Origin: Bacillota bacterium
GTDB taxonomy: Bacteria > Bacillota > DTU025
Direction of reading: 5' to 3'
Length of the DNA: 64,000 nucleotides
Assembly (NCBI GenBank): GCA_050951805.1
Contig: JBMNJT010000001.1
Location: 15,814 to 79,813 of the forward strand
A program made the position numbers and the translations under genes. Below the pieces are notes generated by a model. The model did not search any database. It saw only the letters and a list, made by a program, of their open reading frames with translations, and had not been told where the DNA came from. How positions within the stretch are numbered: position 1 is the first letter of the stretch; the number at the start of each line of letters is the position of its first letter. This document shows positions 42,201 through 52,993 of the stretch, piece by piece.

Positions 42201-45200
42201 ATCTCTATGGTCTCTTCAGCTGTGCCCGCAAGGTCACCGTCGTCAGTAACGGTGAGCTTCACCGTGAATACGCCCTTCTCGGCGTACTTGTGCTCTGGGC
42301 TCTGCTCCGAGCTTTCAGCTCCATCGCCGAACTCCCAATGCCAGGCCACGATCTCGCCGTCATCGATGGACTCGTCGGTGAACTTGACGATTGTCTCAAC
42401 CGTGGGTGAGGCTGGAGTGAAGCTGAACGCCGCCTGCGGCGGAGCATTGACTATCTCTATCTCGTGCGTTATCGAGCTAGCTACATTGTCGTCATCTATC
42501 ACTGTCAGCTTAACCGCGAACGTGCCTGTAGAGCTGTATACGTGCTCAGGGCTCCACTGGTCGCTTGTTGACCCATCACCAAACTGCCATAGGCAGGTGA
42601 CGATCTCGCCGTCATCAGTGGACTCATTGGTGAACTTCACGGCTTCGCCGGTTCTAGCAGGCGAAGTGAAGCTGAACGCTGCAATCGGCGCCGCGTTCCT
42701 CACCTCGATGGTCTTTGTTGCAGTTCCCGTGAGCCCGCCGTTGTCGGTGACGGTTAGCGTGATCTCGAACTCGCCCTTCTGGGCATACTGGTGCTCTGGG
42801 TCCTGTGCATCGCTCGTAGTCTCGTCTCCGAACTCCCAGTGCCACGCCACGATCCGGCCGTCATCAGTCGACTTGTCGACGAACTTCACCTTGTCGCGCC
42901 GTGTGGCAGGGGATGGAGTGAAGTCAAAGTCGGCGGTTGGAGCGTTATTGATGATAGTGAACTCTTCCGTCACGAACTCATGGAACGCACCTGCGGGGTC
43001 GGTGGCCCTTGCTCTTACGCGGAAAGTGTTGCCTGCCTCGCCTACTTCGATGGTGTTCCACTCGAAGGAGCCGGTGTTGGCAAGCCCTCTCCCGAGCTCA
43101 TGCCACGTCTCGCCGTCGCGAGTCCAGGCAAGGTCGATCAGGAGGTCATCTGCATCATCATCAGGATCCGTGGCCGTCCATTCGATCTCGGTCACGCCGT
43201 GCAGCTCATCTTCGCCCTCAGGCGTCGTGATTGCAACTGCTGGAGGAGCGTTGAGCTTGAGCGTCACTGGAATGGCCGCAAACGGACGGTATGGGTCATT
43301 CGCCGACACGTACAGGTAGAGCGAGTATGTGCCGTATGCGGCGTCGGGAGATCCAAGCGTCAGAATAACATCCTGGCTTCCCCCGGGCACAAGGTATCCC
43401 GATGTCGGATTGACCTTGATAATCGATCCGACTGGCGCGAAACCTATTGCTAAGCCATCCTCGATGTACGGGGCGTTGTAGACTACCTGCAGGCCGTCTG
43501 TGCCTGTGGCGTTTTCAATGCCCACTGTGGCGCTGGTAAGCTCGCCGACCATATCGAGGTACTGGAATACGATCGTGCCGTTAGGATACAAGATCGCCTG
43601 GAACGTATAGGATACCGATTCTTGCAACCACTTAGCCACTCCCTGATACTCCACGATGAAGCGGCCCGCTTCCTGGTCGTGGTAGTAGTAGACATCGCCC
43701 GCCGTCCCTGGATCGAGGTCATCCCAGAAGACCGCAATCAGGTCGTTGGGGTCGGATGGATCAGGTATGGGAGTGTTCGTCCACTTGCTGCTTGCCGTTC
43801 CGAACGTCAGGTATCCGTTGGAGCAGATGCGAACCTTCGTCTTCACATCTCCGTAGAACGGGAACGCGAACGGCAGATTCACATCTACGATCGACTCGTC
43901 AGTCAACGTCAGCCTGGTTCCGACATCACTGATCTCGAACCAGTCGAACTCGGGACCGCCCGCATTGTTGCTGTCGATCCAGATGTATCCGAACTGGTCG
44001 GGTCCGCCGGCGCCTGCACCCGCATACCCCTTGGGCTCGGAAGCATAGTCGCCCTTTACAGGCCCAGAAGCAACGTATTCCTTCCACTCGGGGCTTCCGG
44101 CGAAGCTCGGCGCAACCGCTATCTCGAAGTTCATCGGTGCAACGCCGGTGTTGCTGACTGTCAAGACGGTCTGCTCTTCTTCTCCTACTGGGACGATCTC
44201 ATCGAACTCCTCAGGTTCAACCCCTAGCACAGGTAGCCACTTGACTGTCACTGTCAGCTCAGCAGTTGCCTCGACCTCATTCTCGTCAATTACGTGGAAG
44301 ACTGCTTCGTATACTCCGAGGTCAGTGTAGATATGCTCGGCTCTAGCTTCGTGGACTGGGTCGCTGCCATCGCCGAAGTCCCACCACATGTCGACTATGT
44401 CGGTCGCGCCAGCCTCAACTGTAGCATCGAATGCCACGCGAAGCGGCGGCTCGCCGATAGTCGGGGTCGCGGTCGCCTCGACAATGGTCGGGCCAGCCTC
44501 GATGTGGACGATCAGATCCACATAGAGGAAGGTATTCTCAGGATCGTTAGTTGCTATCTCAAGGTACTTCCTTATCTCATCCCCTGGCTTGCCGAGATGC
44601 TCGGCATCAATCGTAACCTCAAGTTCCGCGGTTTCGCCTAGTGCGACTGTGCCGCGCTCGGGGTCTACACTTATTCCTACTGCCAGAGGCATTTCCGTGT
44701 TGATCAGGTACATGTAGCGGTTGTCCTGAGATGACGCCCACAGGTTGCCGTTGCTATCGAGTGCAAGCCCAGCTCCGGCGTAATCTCCGCCATACGGATG
44801 CAGGAACTGGTACACGACTTCGAGAGCATCCAGGTCAAGCCCGAAGACCATGTCAGGAGCACCATTATTCGTCACCCACAGGATCCCGTCTGGGTGCCAC
44901 GCGAGTCCCGAGATGCCTACTGGGAACGAGTAGGCGGCAATTACTGAGCCGGGGCTGCCATGGCTAGGCCCGTAGATGTGGTAGATGATATCCTCGTTCC
45001 ATCCGCCGATGTAGAAGGTGTCAGTATCGGCATCATAGGCAAGGCCTCGCTGAGATGTGTCTGTCCAAGGCCCGCTGGTGATCTTCATGACCACTGCGCC
45101 TGTTTCAGGGTCAAGTCCGTATATGCCGTTGTCGCCACCGACATTGACCTGCCACATCAGATTTCGGTTGCTATCGTACGCCATGTCGCCGGGCCATGAC

Positions 45201-48200
45201 CCTGCCCACGGCGTGCTGAAGACCGTTCCGGTGTGGACGCCTTCCGGCGTGACGAGGTGATCCTTCTTCACCAATGGATCTGTGATCCATACGTTGCCGT
45301 CGAAGCCAACACCCCAAGGCAGATCTATCTGCGAGGGCACTTGCCACGAAGTGATCACATCGCCCACTGCGCCCGGCTCGATGGAGGCTGCAATTCTTTC
45401 GACGAGCTCGGGAGCGATCGAAGCATATAGGCCTTCAGCTGTTCTCGCGTTCTCATCTAGCACAATGCCTATGCGCTCAGGCATTGCAACCACTGGAGCA
45501 CTTCCGCCCTTTACCTTCACTTCGAACTCGAGCTCGGCGTTGCCCTCCACGTTGCCCAAAGTTACGGTCTCCGTGGCACTGCCACGAGGAGGCAAGGTCA
45601 CTTCGATCGTCTCAGGCTCGCAGGTTGCGCGAGGCAGCCACTTTACTTCGATCTCGAAGCTAGCCTCGTCGCTTGCGCCCATCTGATCCGTCACTGAGAA
45701 CGTGGCAGTGTACAAGCCCGCTGCGGTGTAGACATGCGTCACGTCGAGCTCGCTTGAGGTTGTTCCATCTCCGAAGTCCCAGCCGTAGCTTACAACTGGA
45801 ATCTCAGGTGCCGTGAATGCGGCGTGGAACGCCACTTCAAGTGGAGGCTCGCCGAACACAGGCTCTGCGCTTGCCTCGGTTATCACAGGCGGCGCAGCCA
45901 CTGTGGCCGTGACCGGAACTATGATCATCGGGTTTTCGATGTCATTGGTAAAGAGGGTCACATACTCTTCGTAGCTGCCGGGCTTGAGCTCTGAAGCATC
46001 CACCTTGACCGTGATGTTGACTAACCCTCCCGCCAGAACGGATCCAGCGTCAGGTTCCCAACTGAGCCAGCCGGAGCTTATTGGTCCAAAGCCGGTCTCG
46101 ATCAGGTACATCTGCTCATCGTTCATCGACGCGGCCCACAGGTTTCCGCATGGCGCGAATTCACATCCAGCGCCTGTGTAATCGCCGCCGCTTCCGGGAT
46201 GAGCAAACTCCAAGAGCACAGCATGGCTATCAGGATCAACGAAGTATATCTTGTCCGGCGATCCATTGTTCGTCACTGCCAGCACGTTGGCTCCTGGATG
46301 ATAGGCGAGTCCTGCAATCCCTACGCCAAATGTCCACTGCTCGATTACTGCGCCGGGATTATCCCAACTCTCGCCCTTGATCTTGTATATGATGTCTTCG
46401 TTCCATCCGCCGATGTAGAAGGTGTCATCGTTGGCATTGTAGGCCAGGCCTCGTTGAGAAATGCCGGCCCACGGCAAACTGCTGATGGATCCGAGGACCT
46501 GTCCTGTTTCAGGATCCAGCTTGTAGATCCCATTGTCCCCGCCGACGTTGACTTGCCAGATGTACTCGCCATCGAATGCCATGTCGCCGGCCCATGAGCC
46601 GCCGAAGTTGGCCGTCCAGCTTGTGCCAGTATGCTGGCCTTCTGCTGTGACCACATGGTCGACGGTTGGGGTAACATCGGGATCGGATATCACTAGATTG
46701 CCGGTGTCGAGAATCACTCCAACACCCCAAGGAAGACTGATCTGTGAAGGCGCTGGCCAGCTTGTAATAACAGAACCGACGCCCTCGGGCTTCCAAGGAT
46801 AGCTTTCCACTGCAGCAGTGGGCTCGTAGATGCCCTCTGCTGTCATAGCATTAAGATCCTTGATGCCATCAGGAGTGACCAGCCTCTTCGGGAACTGGAC
46901 CCTATTGGGAAGCTCCTCCGCACCGAAGATCAGCGTCCCTGTGCCTATGTTGCTCAGGGTCATGATGCCTTCGGCTGTCTGTCCGCCTCCCAAGGTGAAG
47001 CTGAACTGCTTAGGATTCCAGCTAGCAGATGCCGGTTCGCGAACGGTCACGGTTACCGATTGAGTAGCCGGGTAACCATCATTGTCGACTGCGGTGAATG
47101 TCGCGACAAACTTGCCTTCACGCGAGTACTTGTGTGTTGCCACGAACTCGTGAACAGGCACGCTGCCGTCGCCGAAATCCCACCACTTGTCGGCTATGTG
47201 GCCGTCTGCGTCACGTGCGGCCGCAACGAACTGGAACTGGGTGGTGATCGGGCCGATATCGGGGTTGACAGAGCAAGCGGTTATGCTCGGAGGATTGTTC
47301 GGGATCACTTCGATGTGAACCGGAACGATCGTCCGCGGCTTGCGGATATCATTAGTGTCGAGCACAACTGCGCCGTCCAACATGCCTGATCCGACCATGC
47401 CCAAGTCGAACGTCACGTCCAGATCGATGCTCTCGCCGGGTTCAAGCGTTGCCTGCTCAGGCGCAACTTCGAGCCATTGGTAAGGCTTGAACCTGATAGC
47501 AAGTTCATCATGCATATAGCCCATCGTATTGTGGAGCACCCCAAGGCCATCTGTGCCGTCGGAGTTTTCGATGCCGATGGTGCCCTTGTCCACATTGGCA
47601 GGAGCATACTGCATCTCGAGGTACTGATAGACTATCGTGCCATCGGGATAGAGTATGGCCTCGAAGGTGTATTCGCCTCCGTCGCCGGACCAAGAATAAC
47701 GAGGCGCCTTGTTGAACTGCACGATAAATCGGTCGTTTGCTTCATCGTGGTAGTAGTAGGCGCCGGCTCCGGCTGGCCCCTTACTAATCTGCAGGTCATC
47801 CCAGAAGACTGCCAGCAGATCGTTGGGCAGACCCGTATTGGGTATCGCCTTGTTCGAATAGGTTCCGTACGAGGGGAACGCTCCGAAGTTGAGCCAGCCA
47901 TTGGCGTTTACGTTTATCTCGCCCCATGTCTGTCCATAGAACGGGAACTCCCATGGTAGGTCGATAGTCGTCGTCTCATCATCCTTCAGCGTTGCCAGCT
48001 TCGTGCCTATTACGCTGATCTCCACCCAGTCGAACACAGGGCCTCCGGGTTCATCTGAGTCTCGCCACAGATAACCGAATTCGTCAGGACCACCCGCGCC
48101 GAGCGGATCCAACGCCTCATCTACTGTAGGAACTCCGGATGTGTAGGCCTCTGCTGTAAACGTCAGCGCAGCCTCTCCGGTATTCGTTACAGTCAGAGTC

Positions 48201-51200
48201 TCGGTCCTCTGCCGGTGCGCCCGCATCGTCTGCCGGAACGCCTGCGGGTCCACGCTTGCCTGCGGCAGGTCCGCCACGATAATCGTGATGCTGCCCTCGG
48301 CAGTAAGGCCGTCGTCATCAGTTACGGTAAGCGTAGCCGTGTACTCGCCATCCGCTCTATAGGTATGGAGCGGCTCAAGCGTGCCTGTTACTGGATCGCT
48401 GCCATCTCCAAAATCCCACTCAATTTCGACTATTTCGCCGTCGATGTCTTCCGCAACTGCGGAGAACTGGACCGTAAGCGGCGTACTGCCCGCCCACGGA
48501 TCAGCCGAGATCGACCTTATCACAGGCGGAATGATGGATTTGGCAAACATGTATGTATCTACGTCAACCTGCGGGTTCTCCGGGTCATTGCTGGAAATCT
48601 TGATCGTTGCCTTCCAGGTTCCCTGTGGCAGGTTGTGAGCTGCAAAGGTTGCTGTGAGAGTGTCGGACTCGCCTGGCGCAACTATGCCCGAGGCCTTGTC
48701 CAATGTGACCCATCCAGGCGCAAAGAGTACGCCAAGATCGTCATGGACGTAATCCTCATCGTACGCCACTTGAAGCCCTACGGTGCCTGTCGCGTTCTCG
48801 ATTCCGACTGTAGCCTCATCGAGACGCGTCCCGAGCATCGTCTTGTAAAGGTATGTGATGGTCCCTCCCGGAGTAAGTGTAGCCTGGAATGTGTAGGGCC
48901 CGCCACTGCTGTAGCGCTGCACGTCTTGGTACTGCACGACGAACTTCTGATCGTCGCCGTAGTAGAAGACCTTGCCGTTGTCTTTCTGCGGCTCCAGGTC
49001 ATCCCAGAAGATTGCGATCAGGTCATTCGGTTCCAATGTGTTGGGTATGTTCTTGTTGCTATACGTGCTTCCGGTTTCACCGAATGTTAGGTACCCATTG
49101 GAAGAGATGCGTATCGAGTTCTTAACATCTCCATAGAACGGGAACTCAAACGGCAAGTTGACTACGACGCTGTCCTCTCCCCCGAGAGTCACTTGAGTTC
49201 CGATCTCGGAGATTTCGAACCATTCGGGTGTGACAACTCCTGGCTCATCACTGTCTGTCCAGAAGTAGCCATACTCGTCAGGCCCTCCAGATCCCAGTCC
49301 CCTTACTGGGGCAACTGTTCCGGACGCGTCAACAATACCTACGAGCTCAATGCGAGCTGCATAGTCGAGTTCACCCAATCCGTCATTGCTGATCGCAATG
49401 GTCTCTTCGCAAGTTTCTCCCCACTCAAGTCTGGTGTGGATCTCAGTAGGCTCCACTCCGATTGCAGGCGGGAAGAAGACGTGAATCTGCACGGTGGCGC
49501 TGGCCTCGAACTCAGCGGTATTCACTACGTGGAAGGAGGCATCGTAGAGTCCCTCTTCCTCATACGTGTGGGTTGTTTCCCACTCGTGCACGTGTTCGCT
49601 GTCATCACCGAAGTCCCACCACATGTCGACGATTTCGCCTTCGGGCGTAGTCGCCATTGCGCTGAAACTGACCTCAAGAGGCGGTGGACCCCACTCGGGA
49701 GTTGCCTCGAATGAGGTTATTATCGGCGCTCCTCCGCCGGCAATGGCGTTTGCTATGTTGAGCCTGCCTCCTGTGAGCACCTTCCCCTCATACTGCGGGA
49801 AGACGTCGACGCTATCCAAGATCATGTCCTTGATGGTAGCTGCGTCCTCCCCCATGCCGGGAGTTCGGTAGAGGGGCATGTCCGGATATAGGCTCCGCAA
49901 GAGCGCCGCGGCGCCTGATACATGCGGTGTAGCCATTGATGTGCCGTAGAAGTAATCGTATGCTTCGCCAGGCTCTGTTGGCGGTGGATCAGGCGGAATA
50001 GTCGATAGGATGTATCCGCCAGGCGCGTAGAGGTCTACAGTTTCCGGACCATAGCACGTGCTCCACCAGCCGGGATATTGGCATGGCATCTCATTTTGCA
50101 TCATGGCGGCAACTGAGATGATGTTCTCCGAATCATAGCTGGATGGATAGTGGGGGTATATGTCTGTGTTATCTCCTGTGTTGCCCGCCGCACACGCTAC
50201 GATCATACTGGAAGCCTCTATGGCATCCTTCAACGACTGGTTATAGCCGCCCCCGCCCCAGCTGCAGCTGGCGACCTGCGCACCCTTGTCTGCGGCATAC
50301 TGGAACGCAAGTATTGCGTCGGATGTCCATCCGCCATCGGGGCCAATAAACTTGAGAGGCATGATCTTGACGTCCCAGTTGATCCCCGCAACGCCCTTGC
50401 CGTTATTGCTCAGAGCGCCGATGGTTCCGGATGTATGCGTGCCATGCTCGTCGTTGAGGTATTCATACTCATCGCGCTCGTCTGGATCCCATACACTGTT
50501 GTCATCGTTGAACCAGTCCCAGCCCCAGAAATCGTCGATATAGCCGTTGCCGTCATCATCGACCCCGGGCGTCCCATTCATCTCGGCCTCGTTGACCCAG
50601 ATGTTGGCGGCAAGGTCGGGATGGAAGATGTAGCAGCCGGTGTCTATAACGGCTACGATGACCTCGCCTGTGCCTGTATGAATAGCCCAGGCTTCAGGGG
50701 CGTCGATGTCAGCGTCATCTACTGGACTGCCCTGCATACGCGGGTCTTTATACTGGCAGTTTTCATTGTGGAGCCCCCACATCTTTGCAAATTCGGGATC
50801 ATTGGGAATGATGGGGGTATCCATGTACACTTGGTCTTTGTAACGAATATAGTCTCGTTCGGCGTAAAGAATCCCCGGAGCGTTGCCCAGCCTAGAGACT
50901 GCCATATCAGGGCTGACCTCCTCTGGAAGCTCCACGATTCCGAATCTCACGCCGTTTGGAAATGCCTCGGTGGATTTGAAGTCAGCGACACATTGGACTG
51001 AGTATCCCAGTCGCTCTATTGAATCCACGGCAGCATTTGTGGTCATGGCATCTGAGAAACGCACTATGACCCTGCTCGGATGGTAAATGTCAGGACCAGG
51101 CTGCCATCCGCCACGAAGCTCGAACTCGGGCCCTGTGGCCCAGGCCCCACCCGCGGCAGCGCAGGTCATGACGAGCGACAGGATCAGTGCAACGAATATG

Positions 51201-51226
51201 AACTTATTTCGTCGGCTATGAGCCAT
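41630..51226 (-). CDS. Giant secreted S8 subtilase 3 (about 3198 aa): 8 PKD, 3 nidogen-like, 2 beta-propeller modules, T9SS-A-like CTD
   Basis: Signal peptide; VIDTG, HGTHTSG, AAGN and GTSMATPHV; CTD as in giant 1. Start set at ATG 51226 behind GGAAAGGAG. Confidence 0.93.
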   Translation of the reverse strand: MAHSRRNKFIFVALILSLVMTCAAAGGAWATGPEFELRGGWQPGPDIYHPSRVIVRFSDAMTTNAAVDSIERLGYSVQCVADFKSTEAFPNGVRFGIVELPEEVSPDMAVSRLGNAPGILYAERDYIRYKDQVYMDTPIIPNDPEFAKMWGLHNENCQYKDPRMQGSPVDDADIDAPEAWAIHTGTGEVIVAVIDTGCYIFHPDLAANIWVNEAEMNGTPGVDDDGNGYIDDFWGWDWFNDDNSVWDPDERDEYEYLNDEHGTHTSGTIGALSNNGKGVAGINWDVKIMPLKFIGPDGGWTSDAILAFQYAADKGAQVASCSWGGGGYNQSLKDAIEASSMIVACAAGNTGDNTDIYPHYPSSYDSENIISVAAMMQNEMPCQYPGWWSTCYGPETVDLYAPGGYILSTIPPDPPPTEPGEAYDYFYGTSMATPHVSGAAALLRSLYPDMPLYRTPGMGEDAATIKDMILDSVDVFPQYEGKVLTGGRLNIANAIAGGGAPIITSFEATPEWGPPPLEVSFSAMATTPEGEIVDMWWDFGDDSEHVHEWETTHTYEEEGLYDASFHVVNTAEFEASATVQIHVFFPPAIGVEPTEIHTRLEWGETCEETIAISNDGLGELDYAARIELVGIVDASGTVAPVRGLGSGGPDEYGYFWTDSDEPGVVTPEWFEISEIGTQVTLGGEDSVVVNLPFEFPFYGDVKNSIRISSNGYLTFGETGSTYSNKNIPNTLEPNDLIAIFWDDLEPQKDNGKVFYYGDDQKFVVQYQDVQRYSSGGPYTFQATLTPGGTITYLYKTMLGTRLDEATVGIENATGTVGLQVAYDEDYVHDDLGVLFAPGWVTLDKASGIVAPGESDTLTATFAAHNLPQGTWKATIKISSNDPENPQVDVDTYMFAKSIIPPVIRSISADPWAGSTPLTVQFSAVAEDIDGEIVEIEWDFGDGSDPVTGTLEPLHTYRADGEYTATLTVTDDDGLTAEGSITIIVADLPQASVDPQAFRQTMRAHRQRTETLTVTNTGEAALTFTAEAYTSGVPTVDEALDPLGAGGPDEFGYLWRDSDEPGGPVFDWVEISVIGTKLATLKDDETTTIDLPWEFPFYGQTWGEINVNANGWLNFGAFPSYGTYSNKAIPNTGLPNDLLAVFWDDLQISKGPAGAGAYYYHDEANDRFIVQFNKAPRYSWSGDGGEYTFEAILYPDGTIVYQYLEMQYAPANVDKGTIGIENSDGTDGLGVLHNTMGYMHDELAIRFKPYQWLEVAPEQATLEPGESIDLDVTFDLGMVGSGMLDGAVVLDTNDIRKPRTIVPVHIEVIPNNPPSITACSVNPDIGPITTQFQFVAAARDADGHIADKWWDFGDGSVPVHEFVATHKYSREGKFVATFTAVDNDGYPATQSVTVTVREPASASWNPKQFSFTLGGGQTAEGIMTLSNIGTGTLIFGAEELPNRVQFPKRLVTPDGIKDLNAMTAEGIYEPTAAVESYPWKPEGVGSVITSWPAPSQISLPWGVGVILDTGNLVISDPDVTPTVDHVVTAEGQHTGTSWTANFGGSWAGDMAFDGEYIWQVNVGGDNGIYKLDPETGQVLGSISSLPWAGISQRGLAYNANDDTFYIGGWNEDIIYKIKGESWDNPGAVIEQWTFGVGIAGLAYHPGANVLAVTNNGSPDKIYFVDPDSHAVLLEFAHPGSGGDYTGAGCEFAPCGNLWAASMNDEQMYLIETGFGPISSGWLSWEPDAGSVLAGGLVNITVKVDASELKPGSYEEYVTLFTNDIENPMIIVPVTATVAAPPVITEASAEPVFGEPPLEVAFHAAFTAPEIPVVSYGWDFGDGTTSSELDVTHVYTAAGLYTATFSVTDQMGASDEASFEIEVKWLPRATCEPETIEVTLPPRGSATETVTLGNVEGNAELEFEVKVKGGSAPVVAMPERIGIVLDENARTAEGLYASIAPELVERIAASIEPGAVGDVITSWQVPSQIDLPWGVGFDGNVWITDPLVKKDHLVTPEGVHTGTVFSTPWAGSWPGDMAYDSNRNLMWQVNVGGDNGIYGLDPETGAVVMKITSGPWTDTSQRGLAYDADTDTFYIGGWNEDIIYHIYGPSHGSPGSVIAAYSFPVGISGLAWHPDGILWVTNNGAPDMVFGLDLDALEVVYQFLHPYGGDYAGAGLALDSNGNLWASSQDNRYMYLINTEMPLAVGISVDPERGTVALGETAELEVTIDAEHLGKPGDEIRKYLEIATNDPENTFLYVDLIVHIEAGPTIVEATATPTIGEPPLRVAFDATVEAGATDIVDMWWDFGDGSDPVHEARAEHIYTDLGVYEAVFHVIDENEVEATAELTVTVKWLPVLGVEPEEFDEIVPVGEEEQTVLTVSNTGVAPMNFEIAVAPSFAGSPEWKEYVASGPVKGDYASEPKGYAGAGAGGPDQFGYIWIDSNNAGGPEFDWFEISDVGTRLTLTDESIVDVNLPFAFPFYGDVKTKVRICSNGYLTFGTASSKWTNTPIPDPSDPNDLIAVFWDDLDPGTAGDVYYYHDQEAGRFIVEYQGVAKWLQESVSYTFQAILYPNGTIVFQYLDMVGELTSATVGIENATGTDGLQVVYNAPYIEDGLAIGFAPVGSIIKVNPTSGYLVPGGSQDVILTLGSPDAAYGTYSLYLYVSANDPYRPFAAIPVTLKLNAPPAVAITTPEGEDELHGVTEIEWTATDPDDDADDLLIDLAWTRDGETWHELGRGLANTGSFEWNTIEVGEAGNTFRVRARATDPAGAFHEFVTEEFTIINNAPTADFDFTPSPATRRDKVKFVDKSTDDGRIVAWHWEFGDETTSDAQDPEHQYAQKGEFEITLTVTDNGGLTGTATKTIEVRNAAPIAAFSFTSPARTGEAVKFTNESTDDGEIVTCLWQFGDGSTSDQWSPEHVYSSTGTFAVKLTVIDDDNVASSITHEIEIVNAPPQAAFSFTPASPTVETIVKFTDESIDDGEIVAWHWEFGDGAESSEQSPEHKYAEKGVFTVKLTVTDDGDLAGTAEETIEIINLPPEVEIITPTAGQVLTGEAMIEWEAVDPDDDADKLKITLEYKPASGGDWQAIASEVPNTGKYVWDTSKLERGGKYEIRITAVDPEGASGEAISEEFTVIALTRTVVAAPNPTSDVVTFYYDIAANGTLYVYDIAGRLVHSAELSATAHAHEWNLHSSGKPVANGVYLYVVIAGEERSEVGRLVVSR

Positions 51227-51541
51227 ATGCTGCTTGCTCTCCTTTCCACTAGGTTTCTTGATAGACGCTTGGAAATACAGCAAATCAACGCAATGAACAA
51301 CTGAGCAAACACAGATAATGAGCTTTGGTCGGCGAACTCGCTCCAGGCATCACCCCCAGCTCCTTTCAACTTGAGCGCGAAGATGGGTTGCAATTGAAAA
51401 GTCCGTGGTACTGACCGCAAAGTGAGACGTAATGGACATGTTCGATGGCAAGTATGAGGCAATTGCCGCGATATGAGATTGATTTGCATGACAAATGTGT
51501 AATGTTAAATAAAGGGTCTAAGCCCATTGATTTAACTATGT

Positions 51542-51569
51542 ATTACTACAATTCTTCTGAAATTCCTGC
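51542..51569 (-). promoter_or_regulatory. SigH-like promoter upstream of giant 3
   Basis: GCAGGAATT-N11-GTAGTAAT, almost identical to 6525-6552. Confidence 0.5.
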
Positions 51570-51811
51570 AAAGATGGGAGAGTTGGCTGAAAACTCCTCA
51601 TTAAGTATAGAAAACATGAAGGGAAGAGGGGATCAATTTCCTGGAATGTTCTAGTAACAGCTTCGGTCATCGAGGAGCGGGCGGTTAGCCCGGCTCCAAT
51701 AATGTTTGTGGGCAAACGCTCCAGGCACCCGTTGATATCCGGGTCGCGTCTGCCCACATCTACATCATTTATGAAAGGCTTTCAGGGGGATCCACGAGAA
51801 GTCGCCAACCT

Positions 51812-52954
51812 CTACCTCTCTTCAAGCGCCCTCTCGATAACTTGGCCTACGTAATCGATCTCGTCCTCTGTAAGGTTGTTGTAGAACGGTATGGCTATGC
51901 TAGTGCGCCCCAGCTCTTCAGTAACCGGGAAATCGCCTTCTTGATATCCAAACATTTCCCTGTAGAACGGCTGCAAGTGTATGGGTGTGAAGTATGGGCG
52001 GCAACCGATATCAGCTTCTCCGAGCTTTGCCATCACGTGGTCTCTCACTTTGGACTGCATCTTTGGGGTTTCCTCATCCCATCCAACTCGGATAACGTAT
52101 ACAAACCAGCTCATTCTGGTGACTTCCTGAGCTATATGAGGCAAGCGAACCCCTGCTATCCCGCTCAGCCGCTCCTTATACATCTTAGCCACGGCAGCGC
52201 GTTTCTCGATGATCTCTTCTATGCGCTGCATCTGCACAACGCCAATCGCCGCAGACATCTCATCCATTCTATAGTTATATCCTAAGCGTTCATGTGCCAG
52301 CCACACGCCGCTCTCTCCCCTGCCTTGATTGCGCATGCTAGAACAGAGGAATGCAATGCGATCATCATCTGTAACGACCATGCCCCCTTCACCCGTGGTA
52401 ATCTGCTTGTTGGGATAGAAAGCGAAGACGGCCGCATCCGCGAAGTCGGGCCCCCCCGCCGGCTTGCCCTTGTAATGGGATCCAATAGCCTCACATGAGT
52501 CCTCTATGAATACGAGATCGTTCCGTCTGGCGATCTCGCGTATGACGTCCACCTTTGCGGGCTGGCCAAAGGCATCCACTGCCAGGATGGCTTTTGTTTT
52601 TGGCGTAATCGCCGCTTCGATGAGATCAGGATCTATGTTGGCAGTGTCGGGTTCTATATCGACGAAAACTGGTTTTGCTCCCTCATACAAAATGCAATTG
52701 CTGGAGGCAATAAAGCTGAATGGGGTAGTGATGACCTCGTCGCCCTGGCCAATGTCGTACGCGCGCACCAGAAGATGAAGGCCGCTTGTTCCACTGTTTA
52801 CAGCAATGCCATGTTTTCGCCCACAATAGCTTGCAATAGCCATCTCAAACTCCATCATTTTCGGTCCGAGAGCCAATGTGTATGAATTGAGCACGTCCAG
52901 CACTGCATCGATTTCAGCCTGCGTAATGTCAGGGCGGGCAAGGTTCACTTTCAT
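51812..52954 (-). CDS. DegT/DnrJ/EryC1/StrS family PLP-dependent sugar aminotransferase
   Basis: VNSGTSGLHL, GDEVIT, EDSCEAIG, FAFYPNKQITTGEGGM (PLP lysine) and GYNYRM. Start at MKVNL (52954) behind GGAGGG. Confidence 0.95.
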   Translation of the reverse strand: MKVNLARPDITQAEIDAVLDVLNSYTLALGPKMMEFEMAIASYCGRKHGIAVNSGTSGLHLLVRAYDIGQGDEVITTPFSFIASSNCILYEGAKPVFVDIEPDTANIDPDLIEAAITPKTKAILAVDAFGQPAKVDVIREIARRNDLVFIEDSCEAIGSHYKGKPAGGPDFADAAVFAFYPNKQITTGEGGMVVTDDDRIAFLCSSMRNQGRGESGVWLAHERLGYNYRMDEMSAAIGVVQMQRIEEIIEKRAAVAKMYKERLSGIAGVRLPHIAQEVTRMSWFVYVIRVGWDEETPKMQSKVRDHVMAKLGEADIGCRPYFTPIHLQPFYREMFGYQEGDFPVTEELGRTSIAIPFYNNLTEDEIDYVGQVIERALEER

Positions 52955-52993
52955 GACTGTCCCTCCATGTTGTCTTTGTAGTTTAATGTTATA

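Noticed and set aside
41880-43319. 479-aa plus-strand ORF, and similar long antisense ORFs such as 25134-26351, 48215-49090 and 50150-51001
   Set aside because: They are shadows antisense to the giant genes, with Ser/Val/Pro-rich or otherwise atypical composition and no recognisable motifs.
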